Shown here piece after piece: positions 57,501 to 61,336 of a stretch of 61,336 bases of DNA. The DNA is from Mizuhopecten yessoensis. Lineage: Eukaryota. Below the pieces are notes generated by a model. The model searched no databases. It was given only the letters and a program-made list of their open reading frames with translations, and was not told the DNA's origin. Numbering within the stretch: position 1 is the first letter of the stretch; each line of letters begins with the position of its first letter. Location: the NCBI RefSeq assembly GCF_002113885.1, contig NW_018404373.1:984347-1045682 (forward strand). Direction: 5' to 3'. The translations under genes were made by a program, and so were the position numbers.

Positions 57501-60500
57501 TAGGGAAGGATAGTGCTGATGCCAACAGGCTGCTTAACTACAAAGCTCCGAAAACAGCCAGAGCGGTGAGTGTCTACTACAAAACAAAATGTGATGTGGA
57601 AAATATGTACAAAAGACTGGCTACAAGAGTCTAAAAACTCAAGTTAATCTGTTTCAGTCATTTCTGAAATACCACCTCTGCATCCTCTGTTTCCCTGTAG
57701 TGGCTGTGTTCTACTCAGATTCTTTATTAGCTGAGAGCCATACGACTCATAGGCGCAACAGTAATACAAGTACATATAGCATACAAGTATACCTAGAAGT
57801 AAGCAACAGTCCTGCTTACTCTTACTCATGAAGCAATTATATTTTTGAAAAAACATGTTCACTTTTCTTGTCTTCCTTCCTTTAAAACAATACATTCTAT
57901 CTTGTCTTTATTTTCATAAAATTATATGCCTTATTTATCTTTGTTTCTATGAAACTACTTTTCTAGTCTTCCACTCATGAACTGATGATCAGTTCTGAAT
58001 ATGTGGCCTCCATTATCACAAGTGACAGGCCTTGACAAGTCATTAATCTGTCTTATACAGTATGAATAATGAACCATCATTACACTGGAGATACAAAATA
58101 AAACCCTGTGTTTCCCTCAGAATATGTTGAAAGAAGCAAGGTTATGTGATATCTTGATTGAAGAAGTATGTTGGTTACAATTACAGTAACATGGATAACA
58201 TAAATCTTACTGTGCATATGGGGGATATAGGGAGAACAGTTTAGGTATCAGCATGGTAAAGACATAAGGGATCTTGGGTACCATGCTGTTAAAAGACCTG
58301 GTAGGACACTAAATTGAATATATATATAAAATAACAAATGATATGTTCAGAGAGTTTCCATTTCAACCATTGTACATTGTTTCTATGCAGGACGCTGGAG
58401 ATTTTGCGGGTGTGACCTACTTTGTGTTGAAGAACCGCTGTCCAGAGAAGGGAACACTGACCATTCAGGAGGTCAATGACTGTCTGGACGGCATCGCTCA
58501 GAACAATGCGGCCAAGAAGAAGGATTTGGTGAGGAAGAATGTTCTGCGGCTGTTGACTAACATGACAGCAGTGGAGCTCAAGTGGCTCATCAGGATGATT
58601 GTGAAGGAACTGAAGGTGGGGCTGAGTCAGGCATCTGTCTTATCAGTGTATCATCCGGACGCTGAGGACTTCTTCAACGTCAACAATAACCTGGAAAAGG
58701 TACTCTTGTGACATGTGTTTATACATGTATTTAAAGTTAGTATACATGTATTTTGATATTAAGAAAAAATATATGTATTTCGTGACAAGAAAGACAAAAT
58801 TATTTGCAAATTTTGAAGACATTTGTGAAATTAATTCAAATATTTTGATTAATGTAAAAGCAGACCCGGCACTGAAAAAATTGAACTTTGGTACCTATGT
58901 ATAAGTTATACTACCATACAGTGTATATGTTCATTAGTGTTTGAACTCCACCAACGTACAGATATATTAATGTGTGAATGAACTCTGTCATAATTTTCAT
59001 TTTATCAATTAAGTTTTGTTTATAGAATTTAATGTTCAGAAATCAAAATATTAAGTTTACATCTCTTCAATATTAAATAAATAAAATAAAATAAATATAC
59101 AACATTTGATATAGCACCCTATCTAGCTAACATAAGCCACTCTAAAGTGCTTTACAGTACATAGATATACAATTTTATACAGTCAAATACAATTAGCATA
59201 TATATTAATCAATACAATATTGAGGAATTCGCAGGAGCTGCCTTATCAGACACTAACTATTAGTCCTATGCCACCTGGCTAATATCTCCTTATGTGTGTA
59301 TGCCTGTGTGTGTGCTGGAGATGTATTGTGTTCTGTTTGAAGTGGGACCGTGCTTCCAACGGTATCATTTATAGTGCCACCTCACTTGAATGCTACAGCA
59401 CAGATACCGCAACACCCAACCCAGACAATTTTATACTCCACCTGGGTTGTTGGAGTTGTGTGGGCAGGAGAAAAACACTTTCTCTTAATATTCCATGCGT
59501 ACAGCAACTTTGGGGATCGAACCCTGGCCGCCTGCTTGGAAGGCCGGAGTGTTAACCACTCGACCAATCCGCCCATATTGACTGAAAGTGAAAGCTAGAG
59601 TGGCTCAAACAGGGAAAAAGGCAGAGTCTAATGAGAAAAACAGGGAAAAAGGCAGAGTCTAATGAGAAAAACAGGGAAAAAGGCAGAGTGAAATGAGAAA
59701 AACAAGGAAAAAGGCAGAGTGAAATGAGAAAAACAGGGAAAAAGGCAGAGTCTAATGAGAAAAACAACCTGCCAGAGTGACATTTTTAGTCATGGCTATT
59801 ATGAAACTTGTTTTGTATTGAAGGTGTGTCGGATGCTGAGGGAGCGGAGTGTTCGGGTACATGAGATCGGTATCAGCATCTTCTCACCCTTCTCGCCGAT
59901 GCTGGGGGAGAGAGCCTCACCTGATGAGGTAACAAGTGTTTCCATTTTCAATCATCTTATCACTTGGTGACTTATTGATAACCAAGATAGGTCAGTTTAA
60001 AGTTTTTTTTTTATTTGTTTTTAAAAGATGATGGAGGTGATTTATCATTTTTTCATTATACATTTAATAAATTACAAATAAGTTTCTTTGTTCATTAGTC
60101 TTCATGATATTTAAAGAGGACCTAACTTTTTATTCTGAATTGTAAGTTTTACAATTTAAGACTTGTGAAGATATATAGCTGTGAAGGTTTGTCCAGATAA
60201 TTAAGATTTGTTAATATTGATATTCAATACTTAAAGGAGTTAGTAAGGATTAGAACATCTTCTCATAAACTTAATATAGAACATGTACATATGTAGATAC
60301 TGAGGTATTGAACACAGAAACAGGGTTTGTTCGTTATGTGCCTCTAATGATGTAGAAGACGAATTTCATTTGTTCTTAAAAGTCCATTTTATTCCGATCT
60401 ACGGATATCATTTATTAAACCTTTTTATATCAGACATACAAGTATGTATAAATATATTAATTTGTTGTCCACAGTAAATAAAAAAGAAATAGCTAATTTG

Positions 60501-60946
60501 GCCAAATATGAAAGGATTGCTAGTAGAAGATGACAAAATGTACTGAATTGAGTCAATTATATCTAGTGCTTGTCAGTAGCATCACATATTATTCTATTAT
60601 TAATTACATTATTTTAAGCAGTGCAAGATATCTCTCTACACTTCTAGGAGTAGGTGGGAAGTGGTGTGTATGTGTGTTGTTGTTAAATTGATTACTTTAT
60701 GTTGCACTGTATATATACACAAATGATGAGCTGTAAAGCTTAAGAAAATAAATGAACTTGAGCTAGTTAAGGACAGGCTGTATATGGAGTACAACAGCCT
60801 AATCAGCGTGTGACCCGTCATGGTTTGGTATAATTACAGGTGGAGAAACTGATGGAGGGGAAAACCTACTTCCTAGAGACAAAGTTTGATGGAGAACGCA
60901 TGCTGTTACATAAACGTGACAATGAATACAAGTACTTCTCTAGGAG
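54592..60946 (+). CDS. LIG4: DNA ligase IV, 5' part (continues beyond the window)
   Basis: Exons 54592-54786, 56655-56732 ([23 protein letters not shown]), 57464-57565, 58391-58699 (DAGDFA...[15 protein letters not shown]), 59824-59928, 60840-60946 (ETKFDGER; adenylated Lys codon at 60882-84; YFSR). Confidence 0.95.
55107..55560. mobile_element. MITE with TA flanks (Tc1/mariner-like)
   Basis: ~60-bp imperfect TIRs CAGATGTCTGGTGTGGG.CCAGAGCACACTGCTA / TAGCAGTGCGCTCTGTCCCCATACCAGACATCT. Confidence 0.65.
59300..59575 (-). mobile_element. tRNA-derived SINE
   Basis: Minus-strand head GGGCGGATTGGTCGAGTGG...GGTTCGATCCC (A/B boxes) and a CA-rich tail. Confidence 0.7.
59606..59768. repeat. 31-bp minisatellite x5
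   Basis: AAACAGGGAAAAAGGCAGAGTCTAATGAGAA. Confidence 0.9.
60251..60500 (+). mobile_element. Non-LTR retrotransposon ORF2 C-terminal zinc-knuckle remnant
   Basis: Frameshifted translation [10 protein letters not shown]...[16 protein letters not shown]...PFYSDLR. Confidence 0.6.
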
Positions 60947-61165
60947 GTAGGACATCTTTGGAGAAAAAGTTTGAATCAAACATGAATCTAATAGGTAGTA
61001 TTCATCATTCATCGCTGATTAAGTGTTATTCATAACAGAACTCATCATGGCTGTGATCAGATATTCCTGATGTCCTGATAAACTAAAATGTTCCTTTTTG
61101 CTTTAAGTGTTTTCTCTGTTGAAGTAAAGGTACTGATTCACTATTAAAGGATTGCAATCTACAAT

Positions 61166-61336
61166 GTTTTCTGTAGGTTGTTTGGATGTGATTATGTTAA
61201 GTTTTCTGTAGTTTGTTTGGATGTGACTATGTTAAGTTTTCTGTAGGTTGTTTGGATGTGACTATGTTAGGTTTTCTGTAGGTTGTTTGTGTGTGACTAT
61301 GTTAAGTTTCCTGTAGGTTGTTTGGATGTGACTATG
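61166..61336. repeat. 35-bp minisatellite (runs off the right edge)
   Basis: TTTTCTGTAGGTTGTTTGGATGTGACTATGTTAAG, at least 5 copies. Confidence 0.9.

Overview
AT-rich, intron-rich animal genomic DNA. It is most likely a bivalve mollusc, inferred from the HINE/MITE/SINE repertoire and gene style. Five spliced protein-coding genes were reconstructed by hand. (1) POLR2E/RPB5 on the minus strand: 7 exons in the window, last exon off the left edge, one U12-type intron. (2) A selenocysteine GPX4/PHGPx on the plus strand, head-to-head with POLR2E, with an in-frame TGA, a type II SECIS and dual mitochondrial/cytosolic ATGs. (3) A nucleoredoxin-like 2 gene (minus, WCPPC). (4) An unrecognised ~865-aa low-complexity polyQ protein with PAM2-like and PPPG-phi motifs (plus). 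(5) The 5' part of DNA ligase IV (plus). Introns and spacers are filled with minisatellites, Helentron-type HINEs, MITEs with clear TSDs, tRNA-SINEs, a tRNA-LTR TRIM and LINE remnants. The most striking unexplained pattern is that several minisatellites are built from the exon 3' end plus the 5' splice site itself (up to roughly 65 tandem copies), at four independent donors in three genes. The long repeat ORFs in the ORF track are artefacts.
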